DNA of 64,000 nucleotides from an uncultured Smithella sp. (GTDB lineage Bacteria; Desulfobacterota; Syntrophia; Syntrophales; Smithellaceae). Location: the NCBI GenBank assembly GCA_964394715.1, contig CAYMYR010000004.1, positions 7,007-71,006 on the forward strand. The letters are read 5' to 3'. Shown here piece by piece: positions 35,987-45,821 of the stretch. The first letter of the stretch is position 1. Each line of letters opens with the position of its first letter. The position numbers and the translations under genes were made by a program. A model generated the notes under the pieces. The model saw nothing but the letters and a program-made list of their open reading frames with translations, made no database searches and was not told the DNA's origin.

Positions 35987-37006
35987 ATGTTTAAACGAAA
36001 AATTCGGAGGCGTGAGTTTTTAGTGTTGTCGTCTATCCAGAAGCGTAAAGAACAGGTGGCGATGTTGTCGGTCGCTTCCAATTCCACATTGGTGGTCTTT
36101 AAAGTTGCTGTTGGCACGCTGATCGGCTCGGTTTCCATCATCTCCGAAGCGATTCATTCGGGCATGGATCTGCTGGCTTCAATCATCGCCATGTTTTCCG
36201 TCAAGCAATCGCATCTTCCTGCCGATGAGATTCATCCTTTCGGCCATGGTAAATTTGAAAGTATTTCCGGTCTGTTTGAAGCTGTTCTGATTTTCATAGC
36301 TGCTTTCTGGATTATTTTTGAGGCGCTTAAAAAACTGGCCTCAGCGCAGACAATAGAATCGCCCGGCTGGGGCGTTGCCGTGATGTTCCTGTCTGCCTGT
36401 ATTAATTTTTTCGTATCCCAAAAACTTTTTAGAGTTGGAAAAGAAACTGATTCCATCGCCCTCACCGCTGATGCCTGGCATTTACGAACGGATGTGTTTA
36501 CTTCCGCAGGGGTTATGGTCAGCCTGGGCATTATCTGGGTAAGTCATTTCTTTTTTGAAGATCCCCGTATACACTGGCTGGACCCGGCGGCGGCAATATT
36601 TGTTGCAGTGTTCATCCTGAAAGCGGCCTATGATCTAACGTTACAGGCACTGGGGGACCTCATGGATGTGAGGCTGCCGCCGGACGAAGAAGGTTGGATC
36701 CGCAGCGTGATTGTCGGACATAGACCGGAGATTCATGGATATCACCAGTTGAAAACGCGAAAAGCGGGTAATTTTCGCTTTATTGAATTTCATGTTAAAG
36801 TTGATCCACATATGACGGTGGAAATTTCCCACAGCTTGACCCGCCAACTCAAGTTTCAGATTATGGAAAAAATTTCCCACTCGACGGTTACCATTCATGT
36901 CGAACCATGCGACGGCAAGTGCACGGACATATGCCTTTCCGGCTGTTTTCTTCCGGAAGACCGGAGAAAGAGCTTATCCATGGCGGATACGGGACGGGAT
37001 CGTTAA
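35987..37006 (+). CDS. Cation diffusion facilitator family transporter
   Basis: Six TM helices. CDF signature region (SIISEAIHSGMDLLAS, AWHLRTDVFTS) and a C-terminal cytoplasmic domain. ATG 35987 is chosen because the 35858 start overlaps epmB. Confidence 0.8.
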   Translation: MFKRKIRRREFLVLSSIQKRKEQVAMLSVASNSTLVVFKVAVGTLIGSVSIISEAIHSGMDLLASIIAMFSVKQSHLPADEIHPFGHGKFESISGLFEAVLIFIAAFWIIFEALKKLASAQTIESPGWGVAVMFLSACINFFVSQKLFRVGKETDSIALTADAWHLRTDVFTSAGVMVSLGIIWVSHFFFEDPRIHWLDPAAAIFVAVFILKAAYDLTLQALGDLMDVRLPPDEEGWIRSVIVGHRPEIHGYHQLKTRKAGNFRFIEFHVKVDPHMTVEISHSLTRQLKFQIMEKISHSTVTIHVEPCDGKCTDICLSGCFLPEDRRKSLSMADTGRDR

Positions 37007-37075
37007 TCTTCATTGCGTTTCGTGATATTCTGAAATCCTGCGGCGGCCATACCGTCAAATATGCCTATCGAAAAA

Positions 37076-38032
37076 TCATTTTCCCTTGTACAGATAACGT
37101 TCAAAAAAGCGGTTATAGGTTGTCCATTCAGAATCCGCATTGGCGGCATCCGCTTCAACAAAGCTTTGAAAGGCATTGAGCTTGGCATCCAGGTCGTCTA
37201 TAAAATGGATGACCAGCGCCTCCATGGTTTTCGGACGTTTGGGAGACCCGTATTCAAACTCACCGTGGTGGCTCAGAATAATATGACGCAGCGCCAGCGC
37301 GGTCTGCGGAGGAAAACCGGGAATCGCCTCTATCTTTTTATTGATCATTTCCACCCCCATGACCAGATGGCCGATCATACGGCCTTCGTCGCTGTATGCA
37401 ATGAGGCTGTCATAGGAGAATTCATAAATTTTGCCGATGTCGTGCAGCATTCCGCCGGCAATCAAGAGATCCCTGTTCAATTGCGGGTAGTGATCCGCAG
37501 TCTTGTCCAGCAGGCGAACAACGGAAATCGTGTGTTCAAGCAGGCCGCCCAGGTAAATGTGATGAAAACCCTTGGCTGCCGGCGCACGCCGGAAAAGATC
37601 AGCCGTTTTTTCATCATGAAAGAAAGCGGCAAGCAGCTTTTTTAAAGGTTCTGATGAAAGGGTGTCGATAAAAGCGATAAGATCGCGAAACATCGAGTGG
37701 GTATCCAATTTGCTGACCGGCAGATAATCCGACGGGTTAATGTTTTCCGGGGCGCAGGGTTTAATATTCACAATGGATATCTGAAGTGCGTTGCGGTAAC
37801 TTTGCACCCTCCCTTCAATATCAATAATGTCACCTTTTTTAAAGATTTGATCCATTTCCGCTGCATGATCCCAGACCTTGCCATCCATTTCGCCTGTTTT
37901 GTCTTTCAGACGGACGTTCAGGTAGGCCGAACCTTTCTGGGAGAAAGCCATGCTTTTTTCCGCGACTAAAAAGGTGGAAGTGATTTTATCGCCCTGTCTG
38001 ATGTCCTGAAGATAAATTTCTTTGGTTTTCAA
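37076..38032 (-). CDS. yhaM: OB-fold + HD-domain 3'-5' exoribonuclease, YhaM-like
   Basis: The N-terminal OB fold (FLVAEKSMAFSQKGSAYLNVRLKDKTGEMDGKVWD) and the HD domain (LLEH..., MLHDIGK) match the YhaM-family architecture. Confidence 0.65.
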   Translation of the reverse strand: MKTKEIYLQDIRQGDKITSTFLVAEKSMAFSQKGSAYLNVRLKDKTGEMDGKVWDHAAEMDQIFKKGDIIDIEGRVQSYRNALQISIVNIKPCAPENINPSDYLPVSKLDTHSMFRDLIAFIDTLSSEPLKKLLAAFFHDEKTADLFRRAPAAKGFHHIYLGGLLEHTISVVRLLDKTADHYPQLNRDLLIAGGMLHDIGKIYEFSYDSLIAYSDEGRMIGHLVMGVEMINKKIEAIPGFPPQTALALRHIILSHHGEFEYGSPKRPKTMEALVIHFIDDLDAKLNAFQSFVEADAANADSEWTTYNRFFERYLYKGK

Positions 38033-38060
38033 AAGGACCGCCTTTCTGATGAAATCGTGT

Positions 38061-39974
38061 TTAAAGTTTTTCTCTCAATACACGGTGGTCTCCCACACGT
38101 ACTGTCAGCTTGCTGGTGTCAAAATATTCCATGAGCGGAATAATGTATTTCCGGGAGAGTCCGGTCAGCTCCTTGAACGTGGCCGGTGTCGCCTGGCCTT
38201 CCCGGGCAAGCTTAGCCTTGTAATCTTCGCGCAGCTTTTCCAGTGCGGTGCGTGCAAAGCACAGGTCTTCATTAATCTTGACAAGCTCACCGTCTTTCAG
38301 CATCAGCTTGATGATATTCTGTGCCTTTGCTCTCCGGTCCTGAAAGCTGTTGAGGACATCCGAAAGAGAAGGAGGCGTCAGTCCGGCTTTCACATAGGTT
38401 GATGCAATGGACTGATGCAAGGCATCCTCTTCTCCGGCCAGCAGCACCTGATGGGTTGCCAGTCGGACATTGTCTTGGTTGATAACGATCTTTTCTTTCT
38501 TCCCCAGGCTGGTAAGCAACATGTTAAAGAGCTTAACGGACACCGTGGAGGGCATTGACGCTTTGAGCTCTTCCTTGGAAACACCTTCTTTTAATGGATT
38601 CTTCTTGTGATAGTCTGTGAGGCTTTTAAGAATCAGGTCTTCCATTTGAGAGTACAAATGAACGGAAAGAACCGTGGTGTCTTCGCTTGAAAGCAGGATG
38701 GCCTGATGGCTGGAAAACAATTTTTCCAGTACTTCCCTGATTTTCTTTGTATGAACACCCAAGCGAAAAGAAAGTGACCGGATGGAAATACCTGCAAAAC
38801 CGGCCCGTTCCAGAAGAACCAGCATTTTGTCTGGCAATGCGCCGTCCAGCAGTGTGCGATAATCAGACAGAACTTTATTCTGGTTTCTTTTGTGTTTGCC
38901 CGGCAGCGGATCGAGAATAATGCCGCCGCCAATTGTGGTTACCGGTGAATAGCTGCGCAATACGAAATGATCACCCGATACAACGACGTCTTCATTGGCC
39001 AGAATCAGCTGGGCAAAGGTGTTTTCGCCGGGAGACAGTTCATCCGCATCCATGAGGATGATTCTTGTCATGATTTCTGCCGTTCCGGTGTGCAGGCGAA
39101 CCAGCGCCCGGTTTTTCAGTTTCCGCGTATTGGTTGCCAGGTATTCAAAAAAAACATCAAGTCTTTGCGTGGGCCAGACGGTCCCCGGTCGCACGAGAAC
39201 ATTGCCCCTTTCAAGAGTTGATTTTTCTATTCCCTGCAGATTGATAGCGGTCCGCTGTCCGGAGAAAGATTCTTCCACTGGCATACTGTGAACCTGGATT
39301 CCGCGGATACGGGCGGAAATGTTTTCGGGAAGAATCTGAATGTCTTCACCCACCTTGATTTTATCGGAAATCAGGGTTCCGGTGACCACGGTGCCGAAGC
39401 CTCTCATCGTGAAGATACGGTCCACCGGCAGGCGAAAAATGCCGTCATCAGTTTTTTCTTTCAGCTGAATGACGGTTTTGTCCAATTCGGCGAGAAGCTC
39501 CGAAATACCGGTTTCTTTCGCTGCCGACACCGGTATGACAGGCGCGCCGCAGAGGAATGTGTCTTTCAGATAGTCTGTGACTTCGGAATGTACAAGTTCC
39601 AGCCAGTCTTTTTCAACCAGATCCGTTTTGGTCAGGGCAACCAGGCCCGCCTTGATGCCCAGGAGGGAGCATATCTGCAGATGTTCCCTGGTTTGCGGCA
39701 TAACGCCTTCATCTGCGGCGATTACCATTAAAACGAGGTCAATACCGGCTGCTCCGGCCACCATGTGTTTGATAAATTTTTCATGTCCCGGCACATCGAC
39801 AATGCCGAGAGTATTTCCGGACGGAAGCCCCAGGGAAGCAAATCCCAGTTCAATCGTGATGCCTCTTTCTTTTTCCTCTTTGAGGCGGTCTGTGTCAATG
39901 CCTGTCAGGAGTCTGATTAAAGAGGTTTTTCCATGATCTACATGACCGGCTGTGCCTAAAACAAAATGTCGCAT
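38061..39974 (-). CDS. selB: Selenocysteine-specific translation elongation factor SelB
   Basis: GTPase motifs [20 protein letters not shown], followed by EF-Tu-like domains II/III and about 270 aa of winged-helix domains. Start at [11 protein letters not shown]; the ORF-track start at 40061 is rejected. Confidence 0.9.
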   Translation of the reverse strand: MRHFVLGTAGHVDHGKTSLIRLLTGIDTDRLKEEKERGITIELGFASLGLPSGNTLGIVDVPGHEKFIKHMVAGAAGIDLVLMVIAADEGVMPQTREHLQICSLLGIKAGLVALTKTDLVEKDWLELVHSEVTDYLKDTFLCGAPVIPVSAAKETGISELLAELDKTVIQLKEKTDDGIFRLPVDRIFTMRGFGTVVTGTLISDKIKVGEDIQILPENISARIRGIQVHSMPVEESFSGQRTAINLQGIEKSTLERGNVLVRPGTVWPTQRLDVFFEYLATNTRKLKNRALVRLHTGTAEIMTRIILMDADELSPGENTFAQLILANEDVVVSGDHFVLRSYSPVTTIGGGIILDPLPGKHKRNQNKVLSDYRTLLDGALPDKMLVLLERAGFAGISIRSLSFRLGVHTKKIREVLEKLFSSHQAILLSSEDTTVLSVHLYSQMEDLILKSLTDYHKKNPLKEGVSKEELKASMPSTVSVKLFNMLLTSLGKKEKIVINQDNVRLATHQVLLAGEEDALHQSIASTYVKAGLTPPSLSDVLNSFQDRRAKAQNIIKLMLKDGELVKINEDLCFARTALEKLREDYKAKLAREGQATPATFKELTGLSRKYIIPLMEYFDTSKLTVRVGDHRVLREKL

Positions 39975-40141
39975 GTTTTTCCCTTTATCGAAATTACAAG
40001 GTAATTTGAGATAACAAACTCCAGTCATTTTCACAACATTATATTTCTGATGTAAGGGCAATCATGTTCGGATTCCCCTGCAAAAGGAAGAAGATTCACC
40101 GTGATTTTTTTAGCCTTGAAAATAAGCCCCGGAATTGTTAA

Positions 40142-40597
40142 ATGTTACCGGAAACGAGGTGTTTATTGCGCATTCTGGGATTGGATTATGGAGAGAAAAG
40201 AATTGGCGTTGCGGTCTGTGATGAGCTGGGAATAACAGCTCAGGGACTGCCGACGCTGATTCGCCGAACCCAAAAACATGATCTGGAAGTTTTAAACCGT
40301 TGGATTCAGCAATATTCCATTGAAAAAATTGTCATTGGGTATCCTTTGCGTCTCGATGGTTCCGAAGGCATTCAGTGTGAAAAGGTGAAACGTTTTGCCC
40401 TTTTACTCGAAAAAAATTTTTTATTGCCGGTGATGAAATGGCCGGAAACGCTTTCGACCAAAGAGGCCGAGGAAATATTAATTTCATCCGGCATCCGTTG
40501 GCGAAAAAGGAAAGAAAAAGTTGATCGGCTGGCCGCTTGCCTGATCCTGCAAAGTTATCTGGATCAAATCAGTAAATCAGAAACGGGGCAGGTTTAG
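40142..40597 (+). CDS. ruvX: Putative pre-16S rRNA nuclease / Holliday junction resolvase-like RuvX (YqgF)
   Basis: ILGLDYGEKRIGVAVCD N-terminal motif and DERLS/T-like region (WPETLSTKEAEE). The true start may be the internal TTG at about 40166. Confidence 0.85.
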   Translation: MLPETRCLLRILGLDYGEKRIGVAVCDELGITAQGLPTLIRRTQKHDLEVLNRWIQQYSIEKIVIGYPLRLDGSEGIQCEKVKRFALLLEKNFLLPVMKWPETLSTKEAEEILISSGIRWRKRKEKVDRLAACLILQSYLDQISKSETGQV

Positions 40598-40634
40598 ATC
40601 CCATCTTGAACCATTCCGTTTTTCAGAAATATCC

Positions 40635-41822
40635 GTGAGACAGGAAATGAAAGAAAAAATCATAAAAATATGCCGCTATGTTCTTCTGGTGCCGGTTATT
40701 CTCACTCTTATTTTTGGCACCTGGCTGTTTATTTACGCAAGAACCCCGATTGACCCGGGAAAAGACGTAACGGTGCTGGTTGATATCCCGACAGGCACCA
40801 GTTTTGTTAACGCAACAAAAATTCTCAGCGATGCCGGATTAGTTAAAAACCGGTTTTTCTTTTACGCTTTGGTCGGTGTCAAAAGAGCCACACGTACCAT
40901 TCGAGCCGGTGAGTACGAATTTTCCACCTCTCTTTCCCCGTCTGAACTGGTGAAAAAACTTATTCATGGAGACATTAAAAATTACCGTGTAGTGATTTAC
41001 GAGGATTCTTCCCTCAGGCAAATTGCGGCCCGTCTCAAGGAATACAAACTGATCGACGAAGAAACCTTCTTTGAACTGTCGAAAGATCCGGTATTCCTGT
41101 CTTCACTGGGTGTTCAGGGACCTTCGATCGAAGGATATCTTTTTCCGGATACATATTTGTTCAATCGTTCCATGAGCACCAGGCAGATTATGCGTTCCAT
41201 GGTGGATCGTTTCTGGAAAAAAATATCACCAGAGATGATTAATCAGGCGGCGGCCAAAGGTCTTGATCTCCATCGATTTGTGACTTTTGCCTCCCTTGTG
41301 GGGAAAGAATCCTGGAAGACAGGGGAAAAGCCTTTGATTGCAGCCGTTTTTTATAACCGGATGAGCAGGGGAATGCCGCTCCAATGTGATCCGACAGCGG
41401 TTTACGACCTGAAAGATTTTGACGGGAAAATCCTGCGTAAGCACTACAAGCGGGAGTCGCCCTATAATACCTACCTGATCAAGGGATTGCCACCGGGACC
41501 CATAGCCAATCCGGGACTGGATTCGTTTCAGGCGATTCTCAATTCCGCAAAAGTGGATTACCTCTTTTTCGTGGCCCAGAGTGACGGCAGCCACTATTTT
41601 TCCAGAAAACTGAGCGATCATATCGCCGCAACAAAGCGCATTCGCAGCGAGACCTCAGTTCATGCCGACTCTACCGATACTGATGATGAGGAAGTTGTCA
41701 GAATTGATACAAAAGGCAGTGATGGTGAGCCTGTAATCAAAAGCATTACCGGTCCTGATGTGCCCGGTACAGCTGAACAATCGAACCTGAAGAGTAAAAT
41801 AGAAAAAAAGCCGCTACAGTAA
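40635..41822 (+). CDS. mltG: Endolytic murein transglycosylase MltG (YceG-like)
   Basis: N-terminal TM, LysM-like segment, YceG catalytic region (ASLVGKE..., YNTYLIKGLPPGPIANPG). ATG 40647 is an alternative start. Confidence 0.85.
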   Translation: MRQEMKEKIIKICRYVLLVPVILTLIFGTWLFIYARTPIDPGKDVTVLVDIPTGTSFVNATKILSDAGLVKNRFFFYALVGVKRATRTIRAGEYEFSTSLSPSELVKKLIHGDIKNYRVVIYEDSSLRQIAARLKEYKLIDEETFFELSKDPVFLSSLGVQGPSIEGYLFPDTYLFNRSMSTRQIMRSMVDRFWKKISPEMINQAAAKGLDLHRFVTFASLVGKESWKTGEKPLIAAVFYNRMSRGMPLQCDPTAVYDLKDFDGKILRKHYKRESPYNTYLIKGLPPGPIANPGLDSFQAILNSAKVDYLFFVAQSDGSHYFSRKLSDHIAATKRIRSETSVHADSTDTDDEEVVRIDTKGSDGEPVIKSITGPDVPGTAEQSNLKSKIEKKPLQ

Positions 41823-42019
41823 TATTTTCTATATATTTGATTTTATTAATATATATCGAAATTCGCCATCTGTTTTACACGATTTTCCCCTCCGTATGAA
41901 TGCCTTTCCTGAACCTTCTTAAAAATTTTCCGCGACCATCGCCCGAAACGGACCAGTCACATTTCCCGTTTAATGAGTAATTTTAAGTTACTTGACAGGC
42001 AAAAAGATGCATTTTTCCC

Positions 42020-42048
42020 TTGACAAAGGCAATTTCCCTCTCTATAGT
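42020..42048 (+). promoter_or_regulatory. Consensus-like sigma70 promoter of the dcw cluster (Pmra)
   Basis: TTGACA (42020-42025), 17-nt spacer, TATAGT (42043-42048), about 45 nt upstream of the mraZ ATG. Confidence 0.55.
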
Positions 42049-42056
42049 TGAGCCAC

Positions 42057-42081
42057 GTGGAGTAAAGTGGATTGTTGTGGA
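42057..42081 (+). promoter_or_regulatory. Putative MraZ operator: three GTGGA direct repeats with 10-bp phasing
   Basis: GTGGA at 42057, 42067 and 42077, immediately downstream of the -10. This matches the known arrangement of MraZ boxes (TGGGN/GTGG repeats spaced by 5 nt) at mraZ promoters. Confidence 0.55.
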
Positions 42082-42093
42082 GGGGTGTTTTAA

Positions 42094-42540
42094 ATGTCCG
42101 TATTTCGTGGAGAATATCAGCACACTATTGATGAAAAGGGAAGAATCATTTTTCCCTCCCGGTTTCGTGAATTGTTTGCCGATGAACATGATAACCGCAT
42201 GGTCATTACAAAATGGGACGGATATTTAATGGTTTTTCCTTTCGATGAGTGGCGCATCATCGAAGAGAAAGTATCGCATCAATCAATCCTGCGTAAAGAA
42301 ATACGTTCATTTCAGCGTTTCTTTATGTCCGGAGCCGTGGACTGTAATCTTGATAGTCAGGGACGGGTGCTGATTCCTCCTGCATTACGCGAATATGCAA
42401 ATCTGGAAAAAGAAATTGTTCTGCTCGGCATGATTAAGGTCGTCGAGATCTGGTCGAAAGACCGTTTAGATGCGGAAATGAAGAAAACCGGTGGCGATAT
42501 TGCCCAGTTCAGTAATTACATGGCTGATCTGGGTATATGA
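42094..42540 (+). CDS. mraZ: Transcriptional regulator MraZ
   Basis: 148 aa. The two diagnostic DxxGR motifs ([20 protein letters not shown]). Confidence 0.95.
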   Translation: MSVFRGEYQHTIDEKGRIIFPSRFRELFADEHDNRMVITKWDGYLMVFPFDEWRIIEEKVSHQSILRKEIRSFQRFFMSGAVDCNLDSQGRVLIPPALREYANLEKEIVLLGMIKVVEIWSKDRLDAEMKKTGGDIAQFSNYMADLGI

Positions 42541-43478
42541 CCATGAGCGCTGACTTTTCTCATCAGCCGGTGATGCTTGAAGAAGTTTTATCATGGCTTG
42601 TGGGAAAGAAAACAGGCGTTTATGTAGACGGCACGATAGGTGGAGCAGGACATGCGCACGCAATCCTGGAGAGGACGCAGGCTACACTGATCGGGATTGA
42701 TTGCGACGCGGATGCCCTTTCGGCCGCCAGAAAAAGATTGGCGCCGTTCGGATCGAGAGTGTCTCTGGTTAAGGCCAACTTTTCCGATCTGAACTCTGTA
42801 CTGAAAAAATTGCATATCGAGAAAGTTGATGGTGTGCTTTTGGATCTGGGGGTTTCATCCCATCAACTGGATACGGCGCACAGAGGGTTCAGTTTCAGTC
42901 AGTCCGCGCCGCTGGATATGCGGATGGATCAGGATTTGAAACTTCGCGCTTATGATATTGTCAACCATTTTGCGACAAATGAACTTGAAAAGATTATTCG
43001 ACTATACGGGGAAGAAAAAATGGCTGCGCGGATTGCCAGGGCAATATCAGAAAAGAGAAAGTTCTCTCCGATTGAGACGACGGAGGATCTGGCAGGTCTT
43101 ATCGCATCGGTCATGCCTGCAGGCATGAGGCGACAGAAGATTCATCCCGCCACAAGAACATTCCAGGCACTCAGGATAGCGGTTAACCACGAACTGGATT
43201 GCATTATTCCGGCGATAGAAGGGGCGGTTGGCGCTCTTTGGACAGGGGGACGCATCGGCATTATCTCCTTTCATTCGCTGGAAGACCGGATTGTAAAAAA
43301 TACCTTTCGGGATATGGCTGCATCCTGCGTCTGTCCGAAGGATATCCCATACTGTGTTTGCCACAAAAAGGCTGTCTTGAAAGTTTTAACACGTAAACCG
43401 GTAGTGCCTTCCGAGGTGGAAACGCTTCAGAACCCGCGTGCCCGCAGCGCGAAACTGCGTGTGGCGGAAAGGATCTAA
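42537..43478 (+). CDS. rsmH: 16S rRNA (cytosine1402-N4)-methyltransferase RsmH
   Basis: [23 protein letters not shown]-binding motif, [10 protein letters not shown]. Overlaps mraZ by 4 nt. Confidence 0.95.
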   Translation: MTMSADFSHQPVMLEEVLSWLVGKKTGVYVDGTIGGAGHAHAILERTQATLIGIDCDADALSAARKRLAPFGSRVSLVKANFSDLNSVLKKLHIEKVDGVLLDLGVSSHQLDTAHRGFSFSQSAPLDMRMDQDLKLRAYDIVNHFATNELEKIIRLYGEEKMAARIARAISEKRKFSPIETTEDLAGLIASVMPAGMRRQKIHPATRTFQALRIAVNHELDCIIPAIEGAVGALWTGGRIGIISFHSLEDRIVKNTFRDMAASCVCPKDIPYCVCHKKAVLKVLTRKPVVPSEVETLQNPRARSAKLRVAERI

Positions 43479-43480
43479 CG

Positions 43481-43828
43481 ATGGCTCAGACAGCAGGAAC
43501 ACAGGCGATCCCGCGCGGCAGGCAGATGAAAGAAACAGCCGCTTCTTCTTTCGGAGTGAAGTATCCGACCATTATCGTGGTGGCGCTTGTTCTCATGTTT
43601 GTCGCGGTAATTTACGTCGGCTCGCACATTCGCATGACCAAACTGGAATATGAGATCGCAGCGACATTGAATGCCAAAGAAAATTTACTGGAAGAACAGA
43701 AAAGACTGAAGCTCGAATTGGCAATGCTCAAAGCACCTCAGAGGATTGAAGATATCGCAAGAAATAAACTGCAGATGTGTTATCCCGATGCAGAACAGGT
43801 CATTGTTTTGAAGAAAACGGGGAAGTGA
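43481..43828 (+). CDS. ftsL: Cell division protein FtsL-like
   Basis: 115 aa. Single TM followed by a coiled coil (LEEQKRLKLELAMLKAPQRIEDIA). Sits between rsmH and ftsI. Confidence 0.7.
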   Translation: MAQTAGTQAIPRGRQMKETAASSFGVKYPTIIVVALVLMFVAVIYVGSHIRMTKLEYEIAATLNAKENLLEEQKRLKLELAMLKAPQRIEDIARNKLQMCYPDAEQVIVLKKTGK

Positions 43829-43830
43829 GA

Positions 43831-45813
43831 ATGGCGGCAGACTCAAAAAAATGGCTGAAATTCAGGCTGGCAAGCATTCTGGCGATTTTTTTGATTTTGT
43901 TTATCGCATTGTTGTCCCGGGCTTTTCAGTTACAGGTCCTATCCGGTGAGAAATTAAAGACGCTTGCCCAGAGACAGCATATCACCACATTAAAACTTCA
44001 CCCGGAAAGAGGAATGATTTACGACCGCAACGGAGAAAAGCTGGCCATGTCGGTTTTGGCCGATTCCGTGTGCGCCGACCCCACAAGAATAAACGATCCG
44101 GTAAAAGTGTCACGGCAGATTGCAGCCATTCTCAAGACCAATCAATCCACAATCTATAAAAGAATCTCGGAGCCGAAAAGTTTCTGCTGGCTGGCAAGAA
44201 AAATATCTTCCCAGCAGGCGGCCCAGGTAGAAGCGGCCAACATCGAAGGGGTGTTTCTGATCAAGGAACCGAAGAGGTTTTATCCAAACGGTCCGTTGGC
44301 CGCGCATTTAATCGGGTTTTCCGGATTTGACGCTGAGGGTCTGGAAGGTCTCGAGAAAAAATATGACGCTTACTTGAAAGGAACTCCGGAAAAACTGACC
44401 TGGGCCAGAGACGCCAAAGGAAAAAAACTTTTCCTCCATGTGGAACGTGATCGATTCCCCAAGGATGAAGGCGTCAATCTGGTTTTGACCATCGACAGCC
44501 GAATGCAGTACCTTGTGGAAACTCATCTGCGGGAGGCTGTGCTGGATAAAGGCGCGAGAGGCGGTATCGCGATTGTCATGGATCCGAAAACGGGCGAGAT
44601 CCTGGCCATGGCAAACGAGAAAGGATTCAATCCTAACAACATCAAGGGACTGAAACCGGAAATGTGGCAAAACCGGGCGATCACGGAATCCTTTGATCCC
44701 GGTTCAACTTTTAAACCTTTTCTGGTTGCCGCCGCCCTGGAGGAAAAACTGGTCAGCGAATCGGACACGATTTATTGCGAAAACGGACAGTATACAGTTG
44801 CCAACCGGGTGATTCGTGAAGCCAACCGGAAACGTCACGGTTATTTGGCCGTTCGCGATATTCTGAAGTATTCGAGCAATATCGGTTCTGCAAAGATTGC
44901 GGAAAAACTTGGCCGTGAAAAGTTCTATGCCTACATTAAAAATTTTGGTTTTGGATCCAGAACGGGAATTGATCTGTCCGGTGAAGCGGCGGGGTTGCTG
45001 AGGCCCGCGAACAGCTGGACAAGGGTGGATACGGCAAACATCGGTTTTGGCCAGGGTATCTCCGTCACCGCCATTCAGATGATTACTGCCATGTCGGCGA
45101 TTGCCAATGATGGCGTCTTAATGAAGCCCCGCGTTGTGCGCGGCCTGACAGACAAAAACAACAACCCGATTAAAATGTATGCGCCGGAAATGGTACGGCG
45201 GGTTGTTTCACCTGAAACGGCAAAACGGATGTCGGCCATGTTGACTCAGGTGGTCGGTGCCGAGGACGGTACCGGGAAAAGGGCACATATTGTCAATGTG
45301 GCTGTTGCCGGCAAAACAGGGACCGCACAGAAATTTGATTTTGCGCGCGGAATGTATTCGTCGGAAAGGGTTCGTACCTCTTTCATCGGATTTTTTCCTT
45401 CCGAAAACCCGCAGGTTGTCATTGTCGTTATGCTGGACGAACCGCAGCGCGATAAGTGGGGCGGTGTGGCCGCAGCGCCTGTTTTTAAAAACATCGGGGA
45501 ACAGATTCTTAACTGCTACAAGACAAACATTCGCGAAACACCGGAGTTTGAGCCACGGGAGCCGCAAGATTTGCAGCTGGTAACAGCGGACAGTTCCCTG
45601 GTCGACAGCGTGATCGAAGATCCGATCGATGATGAATCCAGGATGCCTGATTTCAAGGGGCTGACCATTCGGGAGGCATTGAAGCTGGCGAAAACCAGAT
45701 CGATCGATTTACATGTTTCGGGCAGCGGGTGGGCGATCCAGCAGGTGCCGTCCGCCGGATCGATTCTGGGTAATGAACGTGTGTGTAAAATTGAATTTAC
45801 AATGAACAATTAG
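43831..45813 (+). CDS. ftsI: Peptidoglycan D,D-transpeptidase FtsI (PBP3)
   Basis: TM anchor, then the SxxK (STFK), SxN (SSN) and KTG (KTGT) motifs. ATG 43831 lies just after the ftsL stop; the 43777 start is rejected. Confidence 0.9.
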   Translation: MAADSKKWLKFRLASILAIFLILFIALLSRAFQLQVLSGEKLKTLAQRQHITTLKLHPERGMIYDRNGEKLAMSVLADSVCADPTRINDPVKVSRQIAAILKTNQSTIYKRISEPKSFCWLARKISSQQAAQVEAANIEGVFLIKEPKRFYPNGPLAAHLIGFSGFDAEGLEGLEKKYDAYLKGTPEKLTWARDAKGKKLFLHVERDRFPKDEGVNLVLTIDSRMQYLVETHLREAVLDKGARGGIAIVMDPKTGEILAMANEKGFNPNNIKGLKPEMWQNRAITESFDPGSTFKPFLVAAALEEKLVSESDTIYCENGQYTVANRVIREANRKRHGYLAVRDILKYSSNIGSAKIAEKLGREKFYAYIKNFGFGSRTGIDLSGEAAGLLRPANSWTRVDTANIGFGQGISVTAIQMITAMSAIANDGVLMKPRVVRGLTDKNNNPIKMYAPEMVRRVVSPETAKRMSAMLTQVVGAEDGTGKRAHIVNVAVAGKTGTAQKFDFARGMYSSERVRTSFIGFFPSENPQVVIVVMLDEPQRDKWGGVAAAPVFKNIGEQILNCYKTNIRETPEFEPREPQDLQLVTADSSLVDSVIEDPIDDESRMPDFKGLTIREALKLAKTRSIDLHVSGSGWAIQQVPSAGSILGNERVCKIEFTMNN

Positions 45814-45821
45814 AAGGAACG

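Noticed and set aside
41992-41997. Second TTGACA hexamer upstream of the mraZ promoter
   Set aside because: No acceptable -10 element lies 16-18 nt downstream.
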